From Paragordius varius (Eukaryota > Animalia > Nematomorpha), in NCBI GenBank assembly GCA_964247055.1, contig OZ176056.1, positions 2,294,001 to 2,358,000 on the forward strand: 64,000 nt of DNA. Direction: 5' to 3'. Below, in pieces: positions 12,901-42,900 of this stretch; positions within the stretch are counted from its first letter, which is position 1; the number at the start of each line of letters is the position of its first letter. Made by a program: the position numbers and the translations under genes. The notes below the pieces were generated by a model. That model saw nothing but the letters and a program-made list of their open reading frames with translations. It was not told the DNA's origin and searched no databases.

Positions 12901-15900
12901 GGCATTCATTTATACGATATTCCTCAGCTCTACTGAATGCAAAGGGGCAACTTTCAGGTTTACACTTTAAATGATTTTGTGAAATATTTCATTTTTAATA
13001 AATTTGTTTATAAATATTTGGAATTCTATATTTTTACTTTAATATTAATAACCTATAAAAACCTTTGGTATATTACAACTCAAATTTTTTTTAACAATAT
13101 TTGCAATTTCTTAATGGTTTTTAACATATATTGGTTATTATTGAAATGGTGAAATATATTTATTTATATTTTTTACTTTTTTTGTTAATATAAAAATATT
13201 ATTCCCTTATATCTTAATCCCCCCCCTCAAATTATGTTTTTGTGCTCTCACATATTACTTAAGCTATGATAAAATTCTGATTTTTTAGTTATTTTGAATA
13301 ATACCGTAATACAATTTTGATGAAAATTTTAAATTCTGTTTTAATATTCTTTTTTTATTAAAAATAAAATGTCTTTTAAGATCCAACTTTGAGGTATTGG
13401 TCTTGTCATTCAACTTTTATTGATTTGGGACCACAAGTTTTAGATGCTGGGATGGTACCTAATGGAGCTTCATGTGCCAAAGATAGCGTATTTTTTTATT
13501 AATTTTATTTGCATAAAAATTGAAAGGATAAAAATTTATTTTTCCTAATAAAGGAAACCATATTTTTTATTTTGTTTAAAGTTTGCAAAAAATAATTTAT
13601 TTCAAAAGAAAACCATTAAATATTACAAGAAACCCAAAGTATAATAAAAAAAACTTTAATGGGCAATACTTTTTAATAAATAAGTATAACTATATTTTTA
13701 TCCGTGTTTTTGAATGTAACATATATTATTACAAATGTGAGACATAAATTAATAATTCCCGTTTTCTAATATATATCAATCCTTATTTTATCAAATATGA
13801 TTAGTCTTTAACTTTCATTTTTATTGTTAAAGATTAATCAAAAATATAGAAAATAATTTTCATCATAATGTGTTTTTTTTTAAAAAAAATTATGAATAAT
13901 TAATTATATAATGTGTTTTAGATATGTGTAAATCAAACATGTACACCCAAAAATGCATTAAAACTGCCTAAATGCCCTAAAGATTGCAATGGCAAGGGGG
14001 TACACATATATCTATTTTTATATTATGTTGTGTGTTAACATATTTAGTATGAAACTTAGAGAGTGATTTTTTAAATTATTTTTTTTGAAAAAGCCTTTAA
14101 AATATAAAATGAAAAAATTGTCAGTTTATAAGGTCCGCACTTATTTAAAACCTTAATATTACTTCAATTTCCCTAAATAATTATTTAAAAAATATTGTTA
14201 ACTTGATAAAAATGTTTTATACAAATTAATAATATTTGAACACAAAATTTTTTCAGGTTTACACTTTATATAAACAAATTTTTCAAAAATTTTCCATATG
14301 TTTATAGGGTAAATTCCTAATTTTTACCTTTTATAATCGTTTTGTAGATTTGCAATAATAAAGGACATTGTCATTGTTTCCAAGGGTTTGGCGGGTCGGC
14401 TTGTGAACGCCGTGGGCCAGGCGGAAGTCCTGATAGTGGACCTGCGACTTTTGTTAAAAGTAAAATTTATCAAATATTTATTCAGTACGCGAGTTATAAA
14501 TCAATCAATTTATCTCATAATGAAAACCGAAATCTTAAATCATTTACATCAATATACTCGGCTTTAAAATGAATTCGATATGTAAAAATTATGGTTGATA
14601 ATATGCGTATTTGCGTTATTTATATCACACCTGGTATCATTAAAGTTGTATTGCTAATTGTTTATAATTTTACAATCTTTAAGTTTCAAACGAGATTTAT
14701 CCATAGAACAATTTAAACTCCTTTTTATACTCAAAACTATATATTTTTAAACATAATAATTAAACAATATTTTAAAAAACTCTGATTTTTACGTTCAAAT
14801 ATCTCAATTTGACATTTTATTTAGAAATCAAACCGTTTGTTAAAGCAATGCTCATCATATTTTTGTGCCTACTCCCAGCGCTTATTCTATGTTCCGTTTG
14901 TGTTTATAAATGTGTTCATAGAAACCAATCCCCCTCTGCGGCCTATTATAATAGCACCTATTATAATCGTAACAAGAAAAAAGCTTATTCCACCCATGGT
15001 GATCGATTTAATTTTGGTCCTGGACCATTTATTAAAACAAATACTACTAATAAAAACAAGGAAAATTTTACCAATAATGAAGGCACAAGGCTAGTCGGGA
15101 ATAGTTTTGCGTTTTTCCACAAATTTATAAGGTTAGTTTTAATGTTTTTTTTACAGTAAAAACTGAAATTATACGGACAAAATGTGAAAATATAAAGATA
15201 AATATTTTTTTCTAAAAGACAACCATACTTTTTTTAACCTTGATATAAGTCAATATAAGTCTTTCTTTTGAATGGAAATGGATGAAATAGAGATATATAT
15301 TACTAACTCATCAATTCTATATTTTACAATTGGTTCTAACCAGCTAATATTTGAAAAGCTAAGGTTTTAAAAAGTATGGTTATCTTTTAGATAAAAATAT
15401 TCTTTATATTTTTGCGTTTTGTCCGTATAATTCAAATTTTTATAAATAAAATATTGTGATGCTTTTTTCTTAAACCACCGATAACATAATCATAATAACT
15501 ATTTTTTAAAAAATGGTAGAATATATTTATATATATATATATATACCTAATACTTTTTTTGAATTTTTAAAAAATAAGCGTTTTTATAGCACATTGTGCC
15601 AATCGAAGGGTCCAAACGAATTTCCGCAAATTTTTTTTAATTTTTCTCCAAAAATTGGCTCATAAAGAAAAATGAAAATATAAAATTTTAGATTAAATCC
15701 ATAAAATATTTTAACTTTTACCTTTATATGTATAAATATTTGATAAAAACTAATAGTTTACTAAAATTTGACACACAACATAATTTCAAAATTTAATGAT
15801 GTTGAATTATATAATTCATGTCATTATTAAACTTATAATCTTGATTAATAATACATACATTTAGAAATTTCGGAAGTATGTTATCTTTTATGGATACAAC

Positions 15901-18626
15901 TCCATCCTCAACCAATTCAAGTATAAATGCAAATTTAACAAGTGCACAACCCAATGAAAACGCCAATAAAAATATGGGCAGTTTTCCATTAAATCCAAAA
16001 TTAAATACCGCAAAAAATAGTAATTTTACGGGTAAACCTCCATTTATTCAACATGTCTTGTTTTATCCCGAAAATAAAGGCACAACAAATGCTTCCTCAA
16101 ACTTTATGAATAATATACTGCAAAATACCGATCAATTCAAACAAATTAAACCGGGTTTGTTGTAGAGTTAAAATTGCTTTCTTTGATTATCTCAAAATCT
16201 TTGTTTAAATTGATTAAGATGGATTGAAATAAAATTTTCTATTCATAAAATTTTTATTTGTTAATATATCCATACATTTATAAAATTAATTCTATTATTC
16301 TCAATCACATATGGAATCCCTAAATTTTGAAATACATTTAATTTGACACAAAAGTTAAGCGTGCTCAAAGATAATTCTAAAAGAAAACTTTATAAAACAT
16401 GATTTATACTCAAATTTATTAATCCGAAAATATATCTCTTTTATTTTATGTTAAATAAATTTTTGCTTTATATATTAAGTTTTTACTGTAATATTTCAGA
16501 TTTATCAGCATGGCCTCTTAGTGATCGCAATAGCGGAGATTTACGTCCAACCATTATTCACCCGAATTCCGCAGAAACCATTGTAAAACAAGAAATTCCT
16601 GTCAATACAGAAAATTTATTAAGTTCTGGATTATTTCAACCTATTAGACCGGCTCCACCCCCTCCCCCCTCCACTCAACAAAATAATGCGAATAATCAAA
16701 AGAAGAAACGAAAAAATAAAAAAATTATAAATGGTAATAATGATAAAAATGATAGAAATGCTTTATTATTAATAAGTGAAAACGAAAAAACTCAACAAAA
16801 TTTGGAGCACTTTTTTGAACGTCAAAAAGTTGCAAATAATACGCTTGAAGTTAAAAACAACAATGGTCAAAATTTATCGTCTCTAAACCGAAATAATTCC
16901 AATGTTAGCCGAATAAATAATGGGGCTAGGCCTGTGGGAGGACCCCCACCCATTCCTGAAAATTCTAAAATGTTGCTAAATAAAAATACACGTAAATTAC
17001 TTTTTTGAAATTTTATTATATGAAAAAAGCTTTTTTTATTTTAATATTATTAAATTACTATATGCAGAAAATAAGACTATTATATAAAAAAAGATATTTT
17101 TTGATCCTAATTATTCCAATATAATATAAATGATAATTTTTGAATTATTTTATTTATATTTTGGTGTCAACAATTTTCATTTCTATATTTAATTCTTAAC
17201 CCAAACGATAGGCCTAAAAAATAATTAATGTATAAAAAATCATGGTTTAATTTATAAAAAACAGTAAAAAGAAATTATAGAGGCAAAAAAATTCTAAAGA
17301 CAAAATATTTTTTAAAGCCGACTTATAATAGTTAAATTTTTTTAACTAACAATTTTCAATTTTAAATGTTACATTTTTGTTCCATTATCTGCAATATAAA
17401 CGATAAGTTATAATCAAAAAATCATGTTCTAAAAAATATGGTTGAATTCAAAAAAATGTATTTATGTTTACATTTTGTCTGTATAATGTTATTTTCACTT
17501 TTGTTATACTTTTAATTTACTGTACAGTAAAAATTGAAATTATACGGACAAAATGTAAAAATATATAGACAAATTTTTTTTCAAAAGACAACCATACTTT
17601 TTAAACCTTAATTCCTATAGATTTAATTACAATCGTAAAATATATAATTGATTGTGTTACCAATTTACATTTCTATACTATACTTTGTAGTTTAAAACAA
17701 TGATTTATATTAAAAAAAATCAAGATTAAAAAAGTACAGTGTTGTCTTTTAGAAAAAAATATTTGTCTTTATATTTTCACGTTTTCTCCGTATAGCTTCA
17801 ATTTTTACGGTAATATCATATTTAGATATACCTTTACCATCAAACACTATTAACACGTTGAACAATTCCAATAATTCTCATTTATATCAAAATGTAATAC
17901 CCACATCAAACCTCAATAATAATATCAATAATTTCACAATTTCTGACACTGAAAAAAGTTCACCTCCTCTCATTATGCCTCGAAAAAATATGATGGATAC
18001 TCAACCTTTAACACCAAATTCAGGTTTTTATTTTGATTAAAAAAATAAAACTTAAATTATAAACATAAAACGTAAAATAGTAAGAAAGACAAATGATTTT
18101 TGGAACAAAAAGACATCAATAATATTTTTTATGTATTTTTTTGTAAATTATTGATAACCTATTTTTATGGTTTAAGGACTAATCTATATATTAACTCGTT
18201 AATTCACTATTGTATTTAGTAAGTATACATTGATAAAAAGATATTAATTATTGCCAAATAGCATATGTAGCAAAGAGATTATTGGCGATTAATAGTAAAA
18301 AGTGAAAAAAATAACTATAAGCCAATAATACTGTCTTTTGTTGTATACGCTATTTGACAATCATTAATAACTTTCTAGAAATGTAAACTTACTCATACTG
18401 TAATAATATGGAAATATCATGAAATTAATAGTTATATTGACCCCAGTTTTCTATATAATTTTAAATTTTAAAGTGATTTTAAGTTATTTTTCTTATTAAC
18501 CATTATAAAAAAGGTGGTGTTACACGAACAAATCCACAAACAAAAAATTCAAACGCTAAAGTTCAAAGAAACGAATCCACCGTTTCCCGCATGGCTAGGA
18601 TGTTTGAAGCTGGTAATGGTAAATAG
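1230..18626 (+). CDS. ADAM-family metalloprotease (ADAM12/meltrin-like), 3' part: end of reprolysin domain, disintegrin, Cys-rich, EGF, TM, Pro-rich tail
   Basis: Phase-consistent GT-AG exons: 1230-1401, 3590-3685, 4244-4394, 5823-6109, 7075-7177, 8692-8867, 11698-11972, 12821-12957, 13381-13487, 13922-13999, 14348-14459, 14825-15131, 15865-16154, 16500-16991, 17826-18023, 18514-18626 (TAG). Motifs: TKWSACS..CLMNKP, CGNGFLEPGEECDCG, CDLPEYCDG..CP.D, GHCWSGQC..QC..LWG, GDCG, CGRLHC, VPNGASC, CNGKGICNNKGHCHC, GGSPDSGP, TM (AMLIIFLCLLPALILCSVCVY), RPAPPPPP. The zinc-binding exon lies upstream of the window. Confidence 0.93.
1345..3490 (+). repeat. Exon-end/donor tandem array 1 (ADAM disintegrin exon), 9 extra copies
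   Basis: 'tgtggaaacggtttcttagaacctggtgaggagtgtgattgcggacttcctgag|gt' is the real exon end at 1401. It recurs with donors near 1560, 1732, 2039, 2361, 2539 (degenerate), 2712, 3024, 3336 and a truncated copy near 3488. Spacing alternates between ~155-180 and ~310 bp. Confidence 0.95.
3777..4210. mobile_element. MITE family A (Tc1/mariner-type ends), copy with internal (AT)n
   Basis: TIR 'cagtaaaaa(c/t)tgaaattatacggacaaaa' and its reverse complement, flanked by TA. Related copies at ~12430-12710, 15154-15445, 17525-17810, ~29737-29800 (partial), 30767-31053 and 59269-59559. Confidence 0.85.
6085..6660 (+). repeat. Two-copy duplication spanning the donor of ADAM exon 5823-6109
   Basis: Exon end 'gatttgagtgattccttgact|gtaaaa' recurs as 'gatcttagcgattccttgact|gtaaat' (6392-6418). 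The intron block 'aaaaatccagtcaaacattgttttcccataaaaaaatgatggtttttaactttt' occurs at ~6308 and ~6551. Confidence 0.8.
7640..8690. repeat. Degenerate ~150 bp tandem repeat ending at the acceptor of ADAM exon 8692
   Basis: About 7 copies of 'caataaactttgatagta..tctcctttttttaatataattattatgtccaatat...ctatttctaaaattacaacataaaaa..ggcatttaaatttaatgc'. Confidence 0.8.
8797..10900 (+). repeat. Exon-end/donor tandem array 2 (ADAM Cys-rich exon), 9 extra copies, ~200-260 bp unit
   Basis: 'aaaatggc...aaacaaaatgcttttgctgataaaac.gttcgacaaagagctaaacgacaatc.aat|gta' with donors at 8868 (real), 9098, 9356, 9581, 9823, 10034, 10251, 10467, 10670 and 10869. Confidence 0.95.
12430..12710. mobile_element. MITE family A copy
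   Basis: 'gaaattatacggacaaaatg...ttttgtccgtataatttcaat' inverted ends; the interior is shared with the 17525 copy. Confidence 0.8.
15154..15445. mobile_element. MITE family A copy
   Basis: ta-cagtaaaaactgaaattatacggacaaaa...ttttgtccgtataattc; starts 22 nt after the ADAM donor at 15131. Confidence 0.85.
17525..17810. mobile_element. MITE family A copy
   Basis: ta-cagtaaaaattgaaattatacggacaaaa...ttttctccgtatagcttcaatttttacgg-ta; ends ~13 nt before the acceptor at 17824-17825. Confidence 0.85.
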
Positions 18627-19189
18627 AAATCGACAAAGTTTTCTAAGCTTAAATTTCCCAATAAAATAATTAAAAGAGTGTTTACCTAACATATTGGGAA
18701 TATTTTTAATATTCACAAATATAAAAATAGTGTAATATTATCATGCAACCACAGATACTCATTTTATTTAATTTACTAATTTATTATGTATACTATACTA
18801 TATTAACGTTGACTATCGATCGACTTTTATCACATACATTTTAACGCACTTTAAATTATTTTTTGGGAAAAATGTTGATACTGATTGTTGATTTTTTTCT
18901 TATAAAAATAAAAAAGTTGTCTCCGCTATTTTTATCTATATATAACTTTCCCGGTACTTTTAAAACGATTTGCGTAAATGTTTAATGTATTACTATGAAA
19001 TATACAATGTCCATTAATATACTGCATTGATTATAATAACTGTGTGTCACACAAAACAACAATAATATATGTATTTGTAAATAAATTTTTATTTTCTATA
19101 ATATTTTATTTTTTATAATATTTGTAATGAAAGGGATTTTTTCTAATTTTTTTATAACATTTGGAACTTGAAATTATAAACATAATTTT

Positions 19190-19454
19190 TATATCCATTT
19201 ACAATTATTATTCACACTCGAAGAATTCAAATTCATCCTAAAAAAAATATGTGTTTTCGGGCTAATATAACTCATCATTAATAAGAAATATATTCTTATG
19301 GCATAGTTTATTATTTTTTCAGTATTATATTAATTTTAAACGAAATTTCATTTTATAAAAAAATAGAGATAATTTTTTAATTCTAAAAAACACATAAATT
19401 ATTTTAGGGTGAATTTAAATTGTTCAAGGGTGAATGTGAACTGTAAATGGTATA
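19190..19454. mobile_element. MITE family C (ends tataccatttaca / tgtaaatggtata, subterminal aattcaccct repeats)
   Basis: Inverted ends plus a shared interior 'ctaatataactcatcattaataagaaatata'. Other copies at ~28925-29236, ~34870-35075, ~60927-61222 and ~62649-62905. Confidence 0.75.
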
Positions 19455-20033
19455 TATAGTATTTTAACCATAGTTTTGGTTTTAAAACAGGTTAAATTTT
19501 CATATTTAACATGTAATTGAATAAAAGGATATATATATAATAATTTATTTGGTATAATATACAGCACATTTTTCAATATTCATTTTGTTATAATAACTTT
19601 GTTTTTCTTGTCTAATATGATTTATTCAATTAGCATTTACATATATATAACAGAGAGAGGCAGTTAGCAAGAAAGGGGGCATTATTAAAAAAGGGGACAT
19701 ATGGATAAACGAATGTTTGGGGGCATATTTAAGAGACACTTATATAGTTAATAATAATATATAGATTACACAGATATTTATATTTATATATGCTATAAAA
19801 TAATCCTTATTTGATAAATAATACATAGACGATATACTTAATAATGAGGATTTTACTGCAGCAAATATTTTTATATATAAAAATAGAGCTATTTAAGGGT
19901 AGCATTAATAAATATTAAACATATATCATTCATTCATTTAGCAACTAAGAAACCTTTTTATGACACATTTTGTAGTTATTATTATGCACAATCAAAAAAA
20001 TATTAATTTTTAATTATATCTTTTAATCTATTT

Positions 20034-37090
<17,057 letters not shown>

Positions 37091-37380
37091 ATTCAAAAAT
37101 ATTGAGAGAAAAAAGTAAATGCATAAATTGATTAAGAGAAATTATCGATCACCAAAGTCAATGTGGTAGCTTATTAGGTTAATAACCTTGCTATCATATG
37201 CTTTTATCCCATTAACAAAATTTACCTGATGGTAAAAATGCAACAGTTTTTAGGGAAGATTTGCCTAATTGATTGATGATAATAATGATTTGATAAAAAA
37301 ATTTAAACGTAAAAGATGATAATAAATAGTTAATATTTTATATGGTATATATAATTTTATTTTGTTACATCTAGTTTAAA

Positions 37381-37464
37381 GTCAGGATGGCCGAGTGGTC
37401 TAAGGCGCTGCGTTCAGGTCGCAGTCCACTTATGTGGGCGTGGGTTCAAATCCCACTTCTGACA
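37381..37464 (+). tRNA. tRNA-Leu, anticodon CAG
   Basis: Acceptor stem GTCAGGA/TTCTGAC-A, D-arm TGGCCGAGTGGTCTAAGG, anticodon stem ctgcg/cgcag with loop ttCAGgt, long variable arm, GGTTCAAATCC T-loop, downstream T-runs. Confidence 0.97.
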
Positions 37465-38699
37465 AATTTTTATTTTTTTATTAATTAAATAAATACAAAT
37501 CGCATGTATTTACAAATCAACTTCAAAAAACAAATTAAAATATTAATCAAAATTTTATATACAGACGGATTAATGATAAATCATAATTTTATAATTTTTT
37601 TTAAATATATAATAATTAAATGAAACTTTGACGAAATTGGCCCTAAGAAACACTTTTAATATTGGCTCTGGATTGATTTTGCATGTTTTAAGTGGTTTAA
37701 TATCATATGTATACATATAAAATTTTCCAAAAGCTTTTATGTATCACACTGGATTATGCGATGATGTCGCCATACATAAATGTGCTGACTTTGAAGAGCC
37801 ATTTTCCGAAATGTAAGTCAATAAAAATATGAAATCAATATTTTTATTCATTTACAAATGCGCCTAACATAGTCTAACAATTTATACCCGTGTGTCCATC
37901 CCTTGTTAATAGCTTTTAAGCAAAAATCTATCATGGCAAAAAATCTGGTGTCATACACTTTGATCGAAGTCTTAGAAATTAATTATCCTTTTTAAAAAAT
38001 TAAAAAAAATCTATTTCGTTACCCTACAGATTTATTTATTTATAAAATGTAAAATGGTGGGGTTGTAAACTAATTTTTTCGTGACTGTGGGCTCATTTTA
38101 TATATACCGAGCGTGGTTGACCACTTTTTTACATTGATTCTGTTATTCCCAAAGGAAAATTTGTGCCGAAAATTACCCCAAAATTATTTTTTAAAAGGAA
38201 TTATCAAAAAAATTTATGTTATTATTTATTTAATAAATATATTGCAATATTTGTACACCTTAGTGAACCCTTGTGTAGACCCTTCTCTATGTAAAATATA
38301 CCCCCTCTTTTAATAAAATTGTTAATATGTCTTTTCCATTTAAATTCAACAATGGCCATTTGCATTCCTTTACGATTGCGCTAATCTAAGTGGACCGCAT
38401 GTATGAGGTGTCGTTTCGCATAAGCCTTATTAATGCGGGGAGGAGGCGCAAGAAAGTGATGGTTGATTGTGTGGAAAACTTATATTAGCATAAGGTCGGC
38501 AAAGGCAAAAATAGACCAAAATATAAATCAATTTTGGATCAAAACATTCCTTTTGTATTAAAAAAAGTATTTTTGATATGATAAACAAGGCAAACATAAA
38601 TTTATGCGCTATTAAAAATAAGAGGTATGAGAGTAACGCTGGGGAAACGGATAAGCACATTCCGATTCCAAAGTAAAAAGTATTTAAATGATTTATAAA

Positions 38700-39540
38700 T
38701 ACGTCGACATAAACTCCCTTTTTTAAACTAAACACTCGGTTTTCTGAAAAAGGGAAGTATCCAAAATTGTTAGTTCGAACGACTCCAGAAAAGTGAACCC
38801 ATTCAGTTTCAATAGTGTACATTTTATAATGTTTTACAGCTAAGGGCGGCTAAGCCCTTTTTCGCCCCTGAGTTCATCCTCTCCCATGTAAAAATAGTTT
38901 TAACAATTTTTGGCTTTGAAACACGAATACAAAAACGTGAGGGCACAATCAGTTTCAATGAGTACTTTTTTAATTACAATTGCGCCTAGGCTGACTAAGC
39001 CCTTTCAAATATTCCCTCAATTAAGCCCCACTTAACATGAAAATAGGTACTTTAAATTGTTGACGTTGAATCGAATTTCGGTTAAGCGTAAAGGCCAACT
39101 TAATTTAAAAATGCTAATTTTTATACCAATTATAAATGCGCCGAGGGTGACTATGCCATATTTAAGAACTAGCCCCTCTCTCCAGCCCTGCTCTGAATAT
39201 TAATCATAAACTCTTTTCTCATATCCTTTCCTTCTCCCATAAAACTTAGAGGTCTATTCAGTTTCTATAATAATTTTTTAATTTGTTTAATTTTGCGACA
39301 GTGGCTGCCCCTTTTTGAATTAGCAGTTCCGTACCCTCCCCCCTATGTAAACATAGTTATTTTTTGAATTTCGGCTTTTAAACACGATTTCAGAAAAAGT
39401 GTCGGCAACATAGTTTCAATTAATATTTATTAAAATTGCGCCTACCCTTTTTTAATAGCCCCTGAATTTAGTCTCTCTTAGCGTGAAAATAGAGGCTTTA
39501 CAATAACATTAACGTTGAAGCATTTTTGTCCGAAACCTGT
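38700..39540. repeat. Degenerate, relatively GC-rich ~150 bp repeat
   Basis: 'cagtttcaat...aattgcgcc.ag(g)g.gactaagccc...ccc..atg(t)aaaaatag' variants near 38805, 38950, 39135, 39260 and 39410. Confidence 0.55.
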
Positions 39541-39950
39541 AGGCTTGACAAAAGAAATTAATAACCATATCTCCTTAATTTAGTTAGAAATTAGGTTTTA
39601 ATAAAATTTATTTTGTATTTGAAATAATTATAGTATCTCATATGAAACAATTAATGAGTCTAAACATGTTATAAAAATTAAAATCATTCAAAAACAATTA
39701 TTTTTTCAATTAAAGCTTGGACATTAAATTACTAAGAAGTTCTGGAATAACATGGATTATTTCTGTTTTCGATTGTAAAACCATCCAAATTTTTTATCTA
39801 CACTTTAGAAATAATTGACTCAACTGGGTACATCTAAATAGGCTTATTACCCTGTTAAGAACTCAATAAATATCACACCTGATCATGCAATCAAGCAAAT
39901 AAATATATTCTCCCTATCGTTATGTACGGTATTTATCTTCCATTTTTTAT

Positions 39951-42900
39951 TTAACACTTGGATACAACACATTCATTTTAGTCTTTCGATTCAAATTGGG
40001 GTAGTTGGATACCCCAGGCCTGTTTAAAATTAAATTCTTTAAAAAATATGGAAGCAATAGAAACCTTGGCAATATTTTGCACTTATATAACATTAATAAA
40101 CCATTAAAAATATTAACAATATTTGATATTATTATTTTAGCACTACGATTCAAATTGGGGTATCTAAATACACCAGACTATATAAGTTGATATTTTTAAA
40201 AAAACTACTGTAAGAAACGGTTCCAATTTTAATTTATGCTTCTATCCTAATAAAATAAAAATAAACCGAATCCAAATAAAATTTAGTTTAGAAAAAAAGT
40301 TCCATATCAAACTACTTCAACGCCATTTTTATTTTACAACATTTTTGCAAAATATCGAATTTTTAAAGCTAATTTTTTATCTAAATCACATCAAATTTGC
40401 AAGAAACAGAAAAAGTCGATTATTTTGTATTATTTTTAAATTTTGCAAATGCACATATGTCATGTTGATTAAATTTTTACCGTTGGGTGTTGCCTTAAAA
40501 TAAGTAATATTTAGTATTTTTGAATGATTATTTTATATATAAATGTTATACAAGTGCAAACTTTTGCCATGGTTTCAGTTCCTTCCATAGTTTTTAAAGT
40601 TTTTACTTATAAACAGGCCTGGGTATAACCCCAATTTGAATCAAAGGAGTGAAGTGATTGTGTTGTATCCAAGTATGAAGCATGTTTTTGATTGCGTATA
40701 CGTGCATCAAGATATTAACGAGAACTGACTTTATTGTAATGATAAATAAATTACATTCATAAAATCAAACCCTGTTTAAGCTTAATTTTAACTTTCAAAT
40801 AGGGATGGAAACTGAATATGGTATGTCTTTATAATCTGAGAATAACACCCACTTACCAAACATCAAATTCAAGCATTTTTCCCTAACATCAAGATGTCTA
40901 TCGCATAAAAAATTGTTTGGAGATATTAAATTCATTGTTTTTAAGCTTTGTTTCTTAATATATTGATCCCTATAAAATTCTGTATCCAAAAAACTCATTC
41001 TTGATGATGATCCTAAGACCTTGTAGAATATAATAACATAGGAAAGAGTATGCTTTTAATTTCGGGCCTTACCAGTCATTTTCGGAAAATATTTGATATA
41101 ACATCTTGCCATTACGCGCTTCAATTCATCATCATTTAAACTCAATGTTTTTGTAAAATCTCAATAAGACGAGGTAAAGTATAGTGAAATGTAAAATATA
41201 TTCCTTAGTTAGGCCTTAATTTATAAAAAATAATTGCTTCGATTTTTTTGATAATTTGAATATCCAAACTATCTGCTCCAATTATAATTAAATTTTAAAA
41301 TAGACACGTCGGCAAAAATTTATTTTTATCATACTATAATTTTTTACAAATTTTATGTCTTGTTTAAAAAATTGGGATATATAATGATTTCCAAATTATA
41401 GTTAAAACAATATTTTTTTTAAATAGTCAGATTTTTTTAGAGTTTGGGCATGAAATATAGTGTGTGAAAAATGACCCTTTAAATTGTATCAGCGTCCACA
41501 AAATATATACCCTTGTAATTATAATGATAGGAAAATCAGGATTATCATGGCGCTTTTGATTTTGGCCTCTACCAGTTATTTAACACTTCGATTTTTGGGG
41601 TATCTAAATATCTAAACTATTTTTAAGCTAATATTTTACAAAACTACTAAAAGAAACGGTCCTAATTTAAATATATTCTTCTATCCTATTAAAAATTATA
41701 TTTATATGTCCAAATTTTTAACTAAAATTTATTCAAATAAAGTTCAATATCTAAGTACTACGCCTTTTTTATTTAGCAACATTTTTGCAAAATAGCGTGT
41801 GTTAAATTTAACACTTAAATACAACACATTCATTTTAGTCCTTCAATTCAAATTGGGGTAGTTAAATACCCCAAGGCTATTAAAAATTAAATTCCTTAAA
41901 AATATGGAAGAAATCAAAACCATGGCAAAATCTTGCACTTATATAACATTAATAAACCTAAATATATAAAAAATTTTATTCAAAAATACTTGATATTACT
42001 TATTTTAACCTAAAACCGAAAGGTAAAAATTTACTCAACGTGACATGTGTGTAATGGTAAAATTGAAAAATAATGCAAAATAAATCGCGTTTTCTATTTC
42101 TATCAATGCTAGGTGTAATATAAATAAAGAATTAGCTTCAATTTTACCCTTAAAATTAAAAGAAGACGATATTTTGCAAAAATTTTGTAAAATAAAAATG
42201 GCGGCGAAGTAACATGGAACTTTTTTTCATTACAATATTTTATTTAGATATTTTGGCATATTTATATAATTCTTATTAGGATAGAAGCATAAATTTAAAT
42301 TGGGACCGTTTCCTTCAGGAGTTTTATAAAAATCCTAGCTCAAATTTTGTCTGGGGTATTTAGACACCCCAATTTCAATCGAGTTAAAGCTAAAAATTAA
42401 GCTAATTTTTTTTCAATAACATCTAACATGGGTAGAAACAGAAAAAGTGGTTTATTTTGTATTTTTATTTTAGCTAATGCACAAATTACCTCATATTCTA
42501 AGTTATATCAAGTATATTTGAATCATTTTTATATAATGCGGTTCTTTAATGTTATATAAGTGCAAATTATTGCCATGGTTTAATCAGTCCAGATTTTTTG
42601 AAATAGTTAATTTTAACCAGACCTGGAGTATCCAACTACCCCAATTCGATTCGGAAAATGAATGTGTTGTATCCAAGTAAGATAGTTATTTTCGCTTTTG
42701 TGGCAATTGCTCCATATCAGAGAATGGCAAAAAACAATTTTTTTAATAATAATTTTTATGTAAAATGCTCCAAAAAATATTACTTAACACTTGGATACAA
42801 CACATTAATTTTGGTCCTTCGATTTAAATTAGGGTAGTTAAATACCCCAGGCCTGTTTAAAATAAAATTCTTTAAAAAATATAAAAGGAATCGAAACCAT

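Noticed and set aside
38430-38822. 130-aa hydrophobic ORF
   Set aside because: Composition typical of random AT-rich frames; no splice or homology support.
40950-41030. U3 snoRNA-like 'gggatca/ggatcatc' motifs on the minus strand
   Set aside because: No supporting boxes or structure found; the region is better explained by phase-consistent coding exons.
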